Source: Fidelibacterota bacterium (lineage in GTDB: Bacteria > Fidelibacterota > Marinisomatia > Marinisomatales > Marinisomataceae). From it: a stretch of 64,000 bases of DNA. The stretch spans positions 132,566 through 196,565 of the forward strand of contig JBJKZL010000004.1 in NCBI GenBank assembly GCA_045560295.1. Reading direction: 5' to 3'. Made by a program: the position numbers and the translations under genes. The notes under the pieces are model-generated. The model saw only the letters and a program-made list of their open reading frames with translations, did not search any database and was not told the DNA's origin. This document shows, one piece after another, positions 46,017 to 55,665 of the stretch. Within the stretch, counting starts at the first letter, position 1. The number at the start of each line of letters is the position of its first letter.

Positions 46017-48448
46017 TTTTTTTCTGCTAATAATTTGATGGCTTCTTCCAAGGTAACATCATCTATTGAATATCCTTTAAGAGATACATTTTTTTTACCA
46101 TCTGTAACATATGGACCAAATCTACCTCTTTTAATTGAAATATCCTTTTTTGTTTTTGGATCTGCACCTAAAATCGTCGGCTCAAACTTTAACTTTCTAT
46201 CTTTAATTAGTTTTATTGCATCTTCTAAAGTAATAGTTAAAGGACTATCAGTAGACTTCATTGATGCATTAGTTTTACCACATTTTACATAAGGGCCATA
46301 AGGACCAAATGTTGCCAATATATCTTCTCCAGTATCAGGGTGTTTACCCAGTACTTTTGGTAGGCTCAATAAATCTGAGGCCATAGTTTCAGTTACGTCT
46401 TCTGGGGGTGTTCCTTTTGGAATAGAAGCTCTTTTTTTACTTTCTTGCAATTCTACATAAGGACCATATCGACCTACCTTTAATAAAATATTTTCTCCAC
46501 CATTAAATGTTCCAATAATATTATCTTCTTTTTGCATAGTACTAAGTTTGTCGATTTCTTCTTGATTTAAATCTCCTAAAAATAGATCTTGTGGGATTGT
46601 AATGTTTCCACCATCTTTTTCTACATATGGTCCAAATTTTCCAATGCGGATACTAGTTTTGTCAGAAACAGGAACGCTACATGCTTTTGCAATATCTATT
46701 TCTTCTTCTAATAATTTAGCTACTCCAGCATAATTTTCACCGCCATTATAAAATTCTTCTAGTACATTTATATATGTGCTTTCAGATCGGGATATTGCAT
46801 CTAACTGTTGCTCCATACCAGCTGTAAATTTCTCATTAAAAAGTGCTAAATAGTGATTTTCTAGAAGCTGGGTAACAGCAATACCTACAAAAGTTGGAAT
46901 AAGAGTTTTGCTCTTTTTAATTACATACTCTTTTTTTACAAGTTTATCTAAAATAGATGAGTAAGTAGATGGTCGTCCAATGCCCCTAGCTTCCATTTCC
47001 TTTACCAGCATAGCCTCTGAAAATCTTCTTGGAGGGGTAGTGTTCCTTTCAAGAGTATCAATATTGTTATATACAATAGTAGAATCTTTTTCTATTGGAG
47101 GAAGGGCAGCAACTATAGTTTTTTGAGTTCTAGAAAGTGCTTGTTCATAAGCTGCAGTATATCCTTTAAATGTGGTAATATTACCACTCGCTTTAAATAT
47201 TGATTTACCATTTATAATTTCAATATTTGTTCTAATATATTGTGCAGGCTTCATTTGAGATGCTAATGTTCTATTTAAGATGAGTTCATATAATTTTGCT
47301 TCATCAGTACCCAGACTATTTAGTATATGCTGAGGATCTTTGAATGTAGTCCCTGCCGGTCTAATTGCTTCGTGTGCTTCTTGTGCATTTGCAACCTTAC
47401 TTTTATAAATATTTGAACTTTCAGATAAAAAGTCTTTACCAAATTTATCTAAAATAAATTTTTTAGATGCAGCTAGAGCCTCTTTAGAAAGATTAGTTGA
47501 ATCTGTTCGCATATAAGTAATAAAACCTTGTTCATATAGTTTTTGTGCAACTACCATCGTTCTCTTTGGTGAATATCCAAATCTTCTAGATGCATCCTGT
47601 TGAAGAGTGCTTGTTGTGAAAGGTGGGGCAGCAGAACTAGAGGTAGGTTTTGATTCAATCTTACTAATGTGCCATTCACCCTTTTCAGATTCCATCTTAA
47701 TTTCTTTAGCTTTAGCAGCATCTATTAAAAGAAGTTTATCATTTTTTAAACCACTGTCAAATTTGCTAAAGTCATCACCTTTTGCAATAGTTTGATTATT
47801 GTACGAAACAAGTTTTGCTTTAAACGTAGCATCATGATTTTTTTCTTTTAAATCAGCTTCAATTGTATAAAAAGTATTTTTTATAAACTTATTACGCTCT
47901 TTTTCTCTGTCAACTAACAATCTCAATGCTACAGATTGTACTCTTCCAGCTGATAAACCAGTATTTTTAATAGATCTAAGCGTCTTCCAGAGAACTGGAG
48001 AAAAAGTAAAGCCTACAATACGGTCGATAGCACGTCTTGCTCTTTGTGCGTCAACTAAATTATAATTAATATCCCTGCTATTATTGATAGCATGTTTTAC
48101 AGCTGACTTAGTGATCTCAGTAAATTCTACTCTCTCAATATCCTCTTTAATTTCTTCTGCTATATCCGCTGCAATTGCCTCTCCTTCACGATCCGGATCT
48201 GTTGCAATTAAGATTCTATCTGCTTTTTTAACTTCAGATTTTAGTTGAGTGATAAATTTTTTTCTATCAGGCATTGTTTGAATTTTCATAGCAAAGTCAT
48301 TTTCAATATCAATACCCATTTCTTTCTTAGGTAAATCTTTAAAATGACCAACACTTGCTATTACAGAAGCATTATCAATATACTTTGCAATCGTCTTAGT
48401 TTTTGAAGGCGACTCAACAATGATTAATAGTTTTTCTTGGCTTGACAT
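46013..48448 (-). CDS. topA: DNA topoisomerase I
   Basis: Toprim N-terminus LLIIVESPSKTKTI and the active-site region GFITYMRTDS. Four zinc-free C-terminal repeats (GKFGPYVEK, GRYGPYVEL, GPYGPYVKC, GRFGPYVTD). I prefer the ATG at 48448 (MSSQEK...). The ORF-track start at 48460 is a TTG four codons upstream. Confidence 0.95.
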   Translation of the reverse strand: MSSQEKLLIIVESPSKTKTIAKYIDNASVIASVGHFKDLPKKEMGIDIENDFAMKIQTMPDRKKFITQLKSEVKKADRILIATDPDREGEAIAADIAEEIKEDIERVEFTEITKSAVKHAINNSRDINYNLVDAQRARRAIDRIVGFTFSPVLWKTLRSIKNTGLSAGRVQSVALRLLVDREKERNKFIKNTFYTIEADLKEKNHDATFKAKLVSYNNQTIAKGDDFSKFDSGLKNDKLLLIDAAKAKEIKMESEKGEWHISKIESKPTSSSAAPPFTTSTLQQDASRRFGYSPKRTMVVAQKLYEQGFITYMRTDSTNLSKEALAASKKFILDKFGKDFLSESSNIYKSKVANAQEAHEAIRPAGTTFKDPQHILNSLGTDEAKLYELILNRTLASQMKPAQYIRTNIEIINGKSIFKASGNITTFKGYTAAYEQALSRTQKTIVAALPPIEKDSTIVYNNIDTLERNTTPPRRFSEAMLVKEMEARGIGRPSTYSSILDKLVKKEYVIKKSKTLIPTFVGIAVTQLLENHYLALFNEKFTAGMEQQLDAISRSESTYINVLEEFYNGGENYAGVAKLLEEEIDIAKACSVPVSDKTSIRIGKFGPYVEKDGGNITIPQDLFLGDLNQEEIDKLSTMQKEDNIIGTFNGGENILLKVGRYGPYVELQESKKRASIPKGTPPEDVTETMASDLLSLPKVLGKHPDTGEDILATFGPYGPYVKCGKTNASMKSTDSPLTITLEDAIKLIKDRKLKFEPTILGADPKTKKDISIKRGRFGPYVTDGKKNVSLKGYSIDDVTLEEAIKLLAEKK

Positions 48449-48489
48449 CTTGGCTGGCAACTTACATAGTTTGTTTAGTAATTGTCAAA

Positions 48490-48517
48490 AATTTATATTT
48501 ATTAATAAATATAAATT
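48490..48517. repeat. Perfect 28-bp A/T-only palindrome (aatttatatttatt|aataaatataaatt)
   Basis: Read directly, with 14-bp arms and no spacer. It overlaps the hisS stop codon and lies just upstream of a TTGACA hexamer (48488..48483) facing topA. Confidence 0.9.
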
Positions 48518-49748
48518 ATTGGGTTTTTAAAAAGTTGAGCAATTCGTGAAAATCAGAAACAGTAATTTGCTCTTCAGATAGTATATTTTTTATTGTAATA
48601 TTTTTATCGATTATTAAAAGGCATGATGCATTTTTTTTAATAGCATCTTTCATTTGATTTTTAACACTTTTCTTATTGGTATCAAAGAATACTTTATAAT
48701 TATTATCTATCAAATTTTGCATCATACTTAAGCATTTGGCGCTATTATTTGAATCATTAGAACTAATATAAATATCAATATTATTTTCTGAAACTTGGTA
48801 CTTTGATTCAAGAATCATTCTTTCCATTCCCGCAGCAAATCCAATTGCTGGTGTTGGCGGGCCGCCCATTTGCTCTACAAGGAAATCATATCTTCCTCCA
48901 CCGCATAAAGCATTTTGTGAATTGTGACTTTGGGTAGTGATTTCAAAAGTAGTTCCGTTGTAGTAGTCTAGCCCTCGAACTAGATAAGGACTTTCTTTAT
49001 ATTTAATATTAAGACTGTCTAAGTTTAAAAGAAGGTTATTAAAATCTTTTTTTTCTGAATCGGTTAGTAATTCTTTAATAACAGGAGCATTATTAATAAG
49101 TAATTGATCTTCTTTTTCTTTACTATCGAGGATTCGAATAGGGTTAGACTCAAGTCTTTTTTTAGATAAATTTGATAAAGCATCTATATTTTGAGAAAAG
49201 TACTTTTTCAATAGAGCTTCATACTGTGTTCTCGTTTCTGGAGAACCAATATTATTAATATGAAGAGTTGTACCGTTAATATTAAGTGCTTTGAGACAAG
49301 TTGTAGCTATCATAATTACTTCTACATCTTGCTCTACATTGGAAGATCCGAAAGCTTCTATACCAAATTGATTAAATTGACGTTGTCTACCTTTCTGTGG
49401 TTTTTCTCTCCTAAAAAGAGAATCAATATAATATAAGCGGCACAATGGATTGCTTCTATAAAATCCACCTTCTACATAGGCACGTACTACTGGAGCAGTC
49501 ATTTCAGGTTTTAATGCTATTTGCTGATTAGAATGATCTTCCCATACAAACATTTCCTTTGATACATCAGTTTCATACCCAACATTTTGTTTGAATAAGT
49601 CGATCGATTCGATTGTGGGAGTTCGAATTTCTTCATAGCTAAATTGCTGACTTATATTACGGAGAATATTCTCCATTTCATTCCATAAGCGTGTATCAGC
49701 AGGAAGAATATCAAAGGTACCTTTAATTTTTTGATATTTAGATTTCAC
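48516..49748 (-). CDS. hisS: Histidyl-tRNA synthetase
   Basis: 410 aa with class II motifs (KPEMTAPVVR, FRREKPQKGRQRQFNQFG, GGGRYD, GFAAGMERM). Confidence 0.93.
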   Translation of the reverse strand: MKSKYQKIKGTFDILPADTRLWNEMENILRNISQQFSYEEIRTPTIESIDLFKQNVGYETDVSKEMFVWEDHSNQQIALKPEMTAPVVRAYVEGGFYRSNPLCRLYYIDSLFRREKPQKGRQRQFNQFGIEAFGSSNVEQDVEVIMIATTCLKALNINGTTLHINNIGSPETRTQYEALLKKYFSQNIDALSNLSKKRLESNPIRILDSKEKEDQLLINNAPVIKELLTDSEKKDFNNLLLNLDSLNIKYKESPYLVRGLDYYNGTTFEITTQSHNSQNALCGGGRYDFLVEQMGGPPTPAIGFAAGMERMILESKYQVSENNIDIYISSNDSNNSAKCLSMMQNLIDNNYKVFFDTNKKSVKNQMKDAIKKNASCLLIIDKNITIKNILSEEQITVSDFHELLNFLKTQ

Positions 49749-49783
49749 AAAACAACATTAATAATTTTTTTAAGCAATAACAC

Positions 49784-52700
49784 CTAAAAACTTGACCTAG
49801 TATTATATAAACCTGTTTTTTGCTCAACCTTTAAATCTTTTAGTATATCAGATTTTAAGTTTAATCTAAAATAAAGTCCTTTTGCATACCCTGTAGGAGT
49901 CCAATCCATAAATAACTCCCAACAATCTATTTCTCTATAAAGAGTAATATTATGCCTAACAATATCTTTGTCACTGATACTGAAGCGAGCATTATAATTC
50001 AGTTTCCAATTTTGCGTTACATTAACGCTCGTATTAGTATTAACCCAAAAGTTTTCAATAGTATTTGATGGATTAATTTTATTTACGGTATAACTAACAC
50101 CTATTCTGCTTTGCCAAGTATTAGCTGATAGATTGGTTAAGAACTCTTTAGTTTGATCTGAAAATTCTCTATCAGATTTTTCTTTCGTATCATGTTCTCT
50201 CCCTTTTAATGTAAAATTGGTAGCCAGTCTTATTCCTGTCAGTCTAGGAAAACTTTCTAACTCATTAATTCTAGATTGAGTCAAATCATCAAACTTATAT
50301 AAATCATGTGTAAGATTGGCATCTATCGAAACTCCATTTTTTAAATTGCTTCTAATTGATGAACTAATATTAGATGCTTTGAATTGATCGGCATTAAAAT
50401 TATAGCCGCTTGATATTCCCCATGAAAAAAGATTAACCTTATCTTCTTTTTCCCCGTCTTTTATTTTTGCTTGAAATACATTACCTAAAGAAAGGCTAAG
50501 CTTTTTTGTACTTGTGGTTGGAGTAGATCCAATGATAGAGCTACTAAAGTAATCATAATATTCATCATTAAACGATTGGAAATAGCTATCGTTACTTAAG
50601 TAGTCTGGAGAAAAGTTAAAGCGAAGGCTTGGAGTTATCACGTGCCTTACAGACTGAATCTTATTAAATCGTATGGGTAAAATACCATAAATTTTAGTAG
50701 ATAATGACAAACCAACATTACCTGTTGTTCTATTTTTAATAGCCTCTTTGTATCTAAAGCTAATTGAATCTGTTTGATCATATTCTGCCACCCTATATCG
50801 GTTTACAAAATCTGAATTCAATTTGATACTAGGATTAATTGCAAGGTATTTAAAAGCAGTAAAAGGCGCATTAATTGAAAAAGCATTCTTAAGCATTGCA
50901 TCTAATTTATTTGAACTTTCAGGATTCCCAGAACTATTTTGTTTCCATTCATAAGACATATTTCCATCACCGTCTATGACTTCTTCTGTTTCGTAGAAAT
51001 TTTTAGAATTATTTACAAGGCGAGAATTATAATCCCATTGAATATTTCCAATCCATGAATCTTGAGAAATATTCTTGAATAACTTTCTTCTCGCAACTCT
51101 AAAATTTATGGAAGGTAATGTGCTGGTGTCTTGAGTTATAGTAGACGATAAGCTTGTAGGTGATTGATAAAAAGAGGAATTAGTATCTACTTTACTCTTA
51201 GACATTAAATCTTGTTTATTAGAAGCATTGACACTTAAAGAAATATTAGGGTTTTTCCACCTTTTTGTATAAGTCACATTTGAAATAGCTTGCTGATTAA
51301 GTCTTTTAATTGGATCTATACTTGTTTCTCTATTGTATTCTCCATTGCTATAGTAGCTAGCAGAACCACGAAAAGTTTGATCATTCCTAAGTATCTGATT
51401 ATGATTCCAGTTAAAAGAATAGTCTGTCTTATTGCTTTTACCGATTTGTGCAATATCACTTTCACCAGATCCTAAATGTTTTCTAACTTCAACATCTAGT
51501 CGCCCATTGAATCGATATCGGTCACGATATTGATTCTTTGATTTAAGAATTACTCCTTGCCGATCTGCAAATATGAGGGAATTTTCAGAGCCTATATAAT
51601 CATTTGGAGCAAAATAATATCCCAGCCCATCAAGATAATTCCCACGATTCTCTGATGATCCAAATGATGGCATAATCCACCCAGATCTTCTTTCGGTTGA
51701 TGAATGCGGAAAGATAGCTATTGGCACACCAATAATTGGAACTCCACCAATAAAAATACTAAGAGGCTTTGCAATAACTTTATCTCCATAAATAATCTTT
51801 ACTTGCTTACTTCCAAGATAAAACTTTGAAGGGTCGCATGAAGTAAAAATGCAGTCATCAATATAAAAAGTGCTATCTGTTACACTTGTAATCTGACTTC
51901 CCATATATACATTTTCCTGAACACGACTTTCTCCCATCAATACTTTACCTTTTCTAGATTTAATATTGTATACCATCGTATCACCAGTCATTGGTTCACG
52001 ATTATTCTCTATAAGTACAGGTCTATTGATTTCTTCTTTATTAAAAGGATTGTCGCTAAAAGCTTCTAATATATTATTACTCCAATTTACATTTATGTGT
52101 GCAGCAGATAAGTCCATTTTATCATGTATAACTTTAACGACACCATACATCTCAGATATTTTTTTATCTACTTCAAATTCTACTCTGTCTGCTTCATAAT
52201 CAATTTCTTCTTGAACATTTTCATTAGATGCATTTGGGGTATATCGACCAACTGTCCCACCTTCAGCTATTAATTTCTTTGCAGATTCGTTCTGAATATT
52301 CATGGTAATCTTATCACCGGATATTTCATTAATACCATCATAAAGAGAATCATTATATAGATGGATTAAGGTAGAGGCCATTCCTATTAATTCTATATTT
52401 TGAATTTCATCATTTTCAAGTTTAGCAAGAATAGTTTCAGCCTTTAAGATATCTTCATTTTCAATACTTTTTTCCAAATCATCAATTTTTTCATAACCAG
52501 AATTTTTAGATAAAATTAAACCATTTGACAAGACTTTAAATGACTGAAGAGCATTATCCTGAAAACTTAAGAGTATTTTATCACCGAACACTTTATTACT
52601 ATTTTCATCTTTGATTTCACAATTATCAATCAAAGTCATCTGATCAGAAATTTGATCTAAAGTAGCTTTGTCTGCACTAATGAATCGAGAGCCATTTTTA

Positions 52701-53017
52701 ATCTTAATATTGCCATACATTTCAAAAAATTCAGTATCATTATTAAATGATAACGAATCACAATAGATAATTTGTTCAGGTTGCTGAATGGATACATCTC
52801 CATATAAATTTATTATAGAGTTCTTATCTGATTGTGTTGCAAAACTTCCTTTGAGAATAATATCTTTTTTTTGAAATATAATATTTCCATCTAATCTTGT
52901 AATTGTTTCCTCTCCAATCATGGAAGATGTGAGAGTATCTGCTTGTCTGAGTAGTAGATTGTCTTGACTAAAGACAAAGGAGTAGAAAAAAAATAAAACA
53001 AACCCTTTTTTTATCAT
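49784..53017 (-). CDS. Very large LptD/OstA-like outer membrane protein (putative LPS assembly)
   Basis: I prefer the start at M34 of the track ORF, giving the signal peptide MIKKGFVLFFFYSFVFSQ. The ~400-aa N-terminal region has OstA-like beta-jellyroll patterns, followed by a long Asn/Ser/Tyr-rich beta-barrel-like region ending in ...YNTRSSF. The assignment rests on architecture, not strict motifs. Confidence 0.55.
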   Translation of the reverse strand: MIKKGFVLFFFYSFVFSQDNLLLRQADTLTSSMIGEETITRLDGNIIFQKKDIILKGSFATQSDKNSIINLYGDVSIQQPEQIIYCDSLSFNNDTEFFEMYGNIKIKNGSRFISADKATLDQISDQMTLIDNCEIKDENSNKVFGDKILLSFQDNALQSFKVLSNGLILSKNSGYEKIDDLEKSIENEDILKAETILAKLENDEIQNIELIGMASTLIHLYNDSLYDGINEISGDKITMNIQNESAKKLIAEGGTVGRYTPNASNENVQEEIDYEADRVEFEVDKKISEMYGVVKVIHDKMDLSAAHINVNWSNNILEAFSDNPFNKEEINRPVLIENNREPMTGDTMVYNIKSRKGKVLMGESRVQENVYMGSQITSVTDSTFYIDDCIFTSCDPSKFYLGSKQVKIIYGDKVIAKPLSIFIGGVPIIGVPIAIFPHSSTERRSGWIMPSFGSSENRGNYLDGLGYYFAPNDYIGSENSLIFADRQGVILKSKNQYRDRYRFNGRLDVEVRKHLGSGESDIAQIGKSNKTDYSFNWNHNQILRNDQTFRGSASYYSNGEYNRETSIDPIKRLNQQAISNVTYTKRWKNPNISLSVNASNKQDLMSKSKVDTNSSFYQSPTSLSSTITQDTSTLPSINFRVARRKLFKNISQDSWIGNIQWDYNSRLVNNSKNFYETEEVIDGDGNMSYEWKQNSSGNPESSNKLDAMLKNAFSINAPFTAFKYLAINPSIKLNSDFVNRYRVAEYDQTDSISFRYKEAIKNRTTGNVGLSLSTKIYGILPIRFNKIQSVRHVITPSLRFNFSPDYLSNDSYFQSFNDEYYDYFSSSIIGSTPTTSTKKLSLSLGNVFQAKIKDGEKEDKVNLFSWGISSGYNFNADQFKASNISSSIRSNLKNGVSIDANLTHDLYKFDDLTQSRINELESFPRLTGIRLATNFTLKGREHDTKEKSDREFSDQTKEFLTNLSANTWQSRIGVSYTVNKINPSNTIENFWVNTNTSVNVTQNWKLNYNARFSISDKDIVRHNITLYREIDCWELFMDWTPTGYAKGLYFRLNLKSDILKDLKVEQKTGLYNTRSSF

Positions 53018-53090
53018 ATAATCTTTAACGAATCTTATTGATTTTTGTTTCATCTTTGTAAAGTAGAAATCTAATGTATAAATTGCTACA

Positions 53091-53396
53091 ATGTTAGAGA
53101 ATCTGTTAAATAGCATTTCTAGTAATCCGGCCTACCTGGCTGTAACCATTGTTTTAATGGCAATGATTACTTTTAGCGTTATAAAACGCTTGTTCAAATT
53201 GGTAACATTGGGGATTACATTACTCATTATTTATTATGCTTATATCATACTTACTGGTCAGCAGCTACCAGACTTAGATAAGCTTCCAAATCAAGTTCAG
53301 GAGTTACAGGAGTCTGCTCAAAGCGTTGTTGAAGATAATATTTTAGAACCATTAAAAGAAAAAACAGATTTAATAACTGAAATTTTAGATAATTAA
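53091..53396 (+). CDS. Hypothetical small membrane protein (two TM helices, acidic C-terminal tail)
   Basis: A 101-aa ORF divergent from the LptD-like gene. No recognisable family. Confidence 0.45.
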   Translation: MLENLLNSISSNPAYLAVTIVLMAMITFSVIKRLFKLVTLGITLLIIYYAYIILTGQQLPDLDKLPNQVQELQESAQSVVEDNILEPLKEKTDLITEILDN

Positions 53397-53412
53397 AAAC
53401 AAAGGAATTCAT

Positions 53413-54261
53413 ATGTTTCAAGATGGCTTATTAAAAGATCAGACAATTATTGTTACTGGAGGAGGAACTGGATTAGGTAAAAGTATGTCCAGAAGATTCG
53501 GAGAATTAGGAGCAAATATTGTTATTAGTGGAAGAAGAGCAGAGGTGTTAGATGAAACCGCGCAGGAATTTTCAGAACAAGGGATTAATGTATTAACATG
53601 TCCTGGTGACGTTAGAAAAATAGAAGATGTAGAGCTAATGACTAAGCAAACCATTGATAAGTTTGGAAAAATTGATAATCTTCTCAATAATGCAGCTGGT
53701 AATTTTATTTCTCCAACAGAAATGTTGAGCCCAAACGCATTTAAGGCAGTCATTGATATTGTATTAATGGGAACATGGAATTGTATTAGCACAGTCGGTA
53801 AAGAGATGATAAAAAATAAAAAGGGTAATGTATTAAGTATTGTTACTACATATGCATGGACAGGCTCACCTTATGTGGTCCCATCTGCAGCAGCCAAAGC
53901 AGGAGTATTAGCAATGACGCGATCATTAGCGGTAGAATGGGGTAAACATAATATTCGATTTAATGCGATTGCTCCAGGCCCATTTCCTACAGAAGGAGCT
54001 TGGTCCCGATTAATGCCACCAGGCTTTGATGATTTCGAAGATAATATGAAAAATAAAATACCAATGAAAAGATTTGGTGAGCGACATGAACTTGAAAATC
54101 TTGCATCATATTTAATGAGCGATGGATCTGCATATGTGAACGGTGAAGTCGTAACTATTGATGGTGGTGAGTGGCTTGCAGGTGCAGCAGAGTTTAGTGA
54201 TTTGACTAAATTGCCAGATTCTATGTGGGAAGCAATGGCAGCAAGAAGAAAGAAGAAGTAA
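53413..54261 (+). CDS. SDR-family oxidoreductase, 2,4-dienoyl-CoA reductase-like
   Basis: 282 aa with motifs TGGGTGLGKS, NNAAGNF and SAAAKAG, which resemble the DECR/enoyl-reductase SDR subgroup. Confidence 0.75.
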   Translation: MFQDGLLKDQTIIVTGGGTGLGKSMSRRFGELGANIVISGRRAEVLDETAQEFSEQGINVLTCPGDVRKIEDVELMTKQTIDKFGKIDNLLNNAAGNFISPTEMLSPNAFKAVIDIVLMGTWNCISTVGKEMIKNKKGNVLSIVTTYAWTGSPYVVPSAAAKAGVLAMTRSLAVEWGKHNIRFNAIAPGPFPTEGAWSRLMPPGFDDFEDNMKNKIPMKRFGERHELENLASYLMSDGSAYVNGEVVTIDGGEWLAGAAEFSDLTKLPDSMWEAMAARRKKK

Positions 54262-55014
54262 TTGTTTAGTTTAAAAGAAAAAACAGCAATCATTTCTGGG
54301 GGCTCCAAAGGCATTGGTAAATCAATTGCATTTAAGTATGCAGAAGCTGGTGCAAACGTTGTCATTTGTAGTCGTAAAAAAGATAATTTAGATAGTGCAA
54401 TAGAAGAAGCTCAGACATTAGGATTTAATATTATTGGCATTGAATGTAATACCGGAGAAAAAGAATCAATCAATAATGTTGTAGATAAAACATTAGAGCA
54501 GTTTAAAAGAGTTGATATATTAGTTAATAATGCAGCAGCGAACCCCTACTATGGTCCAATTCTTAATTCAGAAGATAGTCATTGGGAAAAAATTTGGGAT
54601 ATTAATGTAAAAGGATATTTCAATTTTATAAAAGCGTGTAGTAAGTCAATGAAAGATAATAAGTACGGTAAAATTATAAATGTGGCATCTATAGCAGCAA
54701 AGACACCACTTGATGGTTTAGGCGTTTATAATATTAGTAAGGCTGCAGTAGTAATGTTAACCAAGGTGCTAGCTAAAGAGATGGCAGGATCAAATGTACA
54801 AGTTAATACCTTAGCTCCAGGCTTAATCAAGACAGATTTCAGTAAAGCTTTATGGGAAGATGAATCAGTATATAATGAAATTATAAAAGCTATCCCTCAA
54901 GCTAGAATGGGAGAGCCTGATGATATATCTGGTATGGCATTGTATTTGGCTTCTGAAGCTTCTGATTTTATTACTGGATCAATGTTTGTAGTAGATGGCG
55001 GACTGACAACCTAA
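54262..55014 (+). CDS. SDR-family oxidoreductase (FabG-like)
   Basis: TTG start immediately after the upstream stop. Motifs SGGSKGIGKS, NNAA, and the catalytic Y-x3-K (YNISK). Confidence 0.8.
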   Translation: MFSLKEKTAIISGGSKGIGKSIAFKYAEAGANVVICSRKKDNLDSAIEEAQTLGFNIIGIECNTGEKESINNVVDKTLEQFKRVDILVNNAAANPYYGPILNSEDSHWEKIWDINVKGYFNFIKACSKSMKDNKYGKIINVASIAAKTPLDGLGVYNISKAAVVMLTKVLAKEMAGSNVQVNTLAPGLIKTDFSKALWEDESVYNEIIKAIPQARMGEPDDISGMALYLASEASDFITGSMFVVDGGLTT

Positions 55015-55655
55015 GTTGTTATCACCCAATTATAAAATTCCTGAATATCTGAAAAAGTAAATGCTCCAGTTTCATCTAATCTTTTCATATCATTATGCCC
55101 GTGGGATACTAAAGCACAATCAATTTTTAGATATTGAGCGACATTAAAATCCAGCAAAGTGTCCCCGATAATAATTGTTTCTTCTGCTGGAATATCTAAA
55201 GTTAAAAGTAATTCTTCCCCTTCGAATTCTTTTCCATGAGCATATAAATTAGTTGTACCAATAACATGTTGTAGATGCTGTGTTAAATCAAAAAAACTAA
55301 CCTGCTCTTTTAATCTATCGTCACGACTAGCAGATAGAACAGTTTGCATAATTTTTTGTTCAGAAAATTTGATAATTGTATCTTTTGCAAATGGCTGTAG
55401 TGCCAATGATTTAAATTGATTTGCAAAACCCGTGTTGAATTCATTATTAGAATTATCAAAAGGTTCTTTATCAAAATCAAACCCTATCGATTCATAGAAT
55501 GTTTTAATCGGAAATAGAAATTTCTCTCTATACTGCTTAACAGTGATTTCAGGGATATCACGCTTTCTTAATGAGTCATTTAAAATTTGCGCACATAAGG
55601 AAGTGTCATTCAATAAAGTTCCATTCCAATCCCAAATTATGTGCTTATATTTCAT
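55011..55655 (-). CDS. HAD-superfamily hydrolase (phosphoglycolate phosphatase-like)
   Basis: I prefer the start giving MKYKHIIWDWNGTLLND. Motif I reads D-W-N-G-T, with Asn at the D+2 position. The C-terminus has IIIGDTLLD. The ORF-track N-terminal extension would overlap the NUDIX gene. Confidence 0.7.
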   Translation of the reverse strand: MKYKHIIWDWNGTLLNDTSLCAQILNDSLRKRDIPEITVKQYREKFLFPIKTFYESIGFDFDKEPFDNSNNEFNTGFANQFKSLALQPFAKDTIIKFSEQKIMQTVLSASRDDRLKEQVSFFDLTQHLQHVIGTTNLYAHGKEFEGEELLLTLDIPAEETIIIGDTLLDFNVAQYLKIDCALVSHGHNDMKRLDETGAFTFSDIQEFYNWVITT

Positions 55656-55665
55656 GGTCATGAAA
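55650..55665. repeat. Inverted repeat tttcatg-gt-catgaaa containing the start codons of both divergent genes
   Basis: Read directly. Minus-strand ATGAAA (HAD, MK...) and plus-strand ATGAAA (NUDIX, MK...) are the two arms. Confidence 0.9.
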
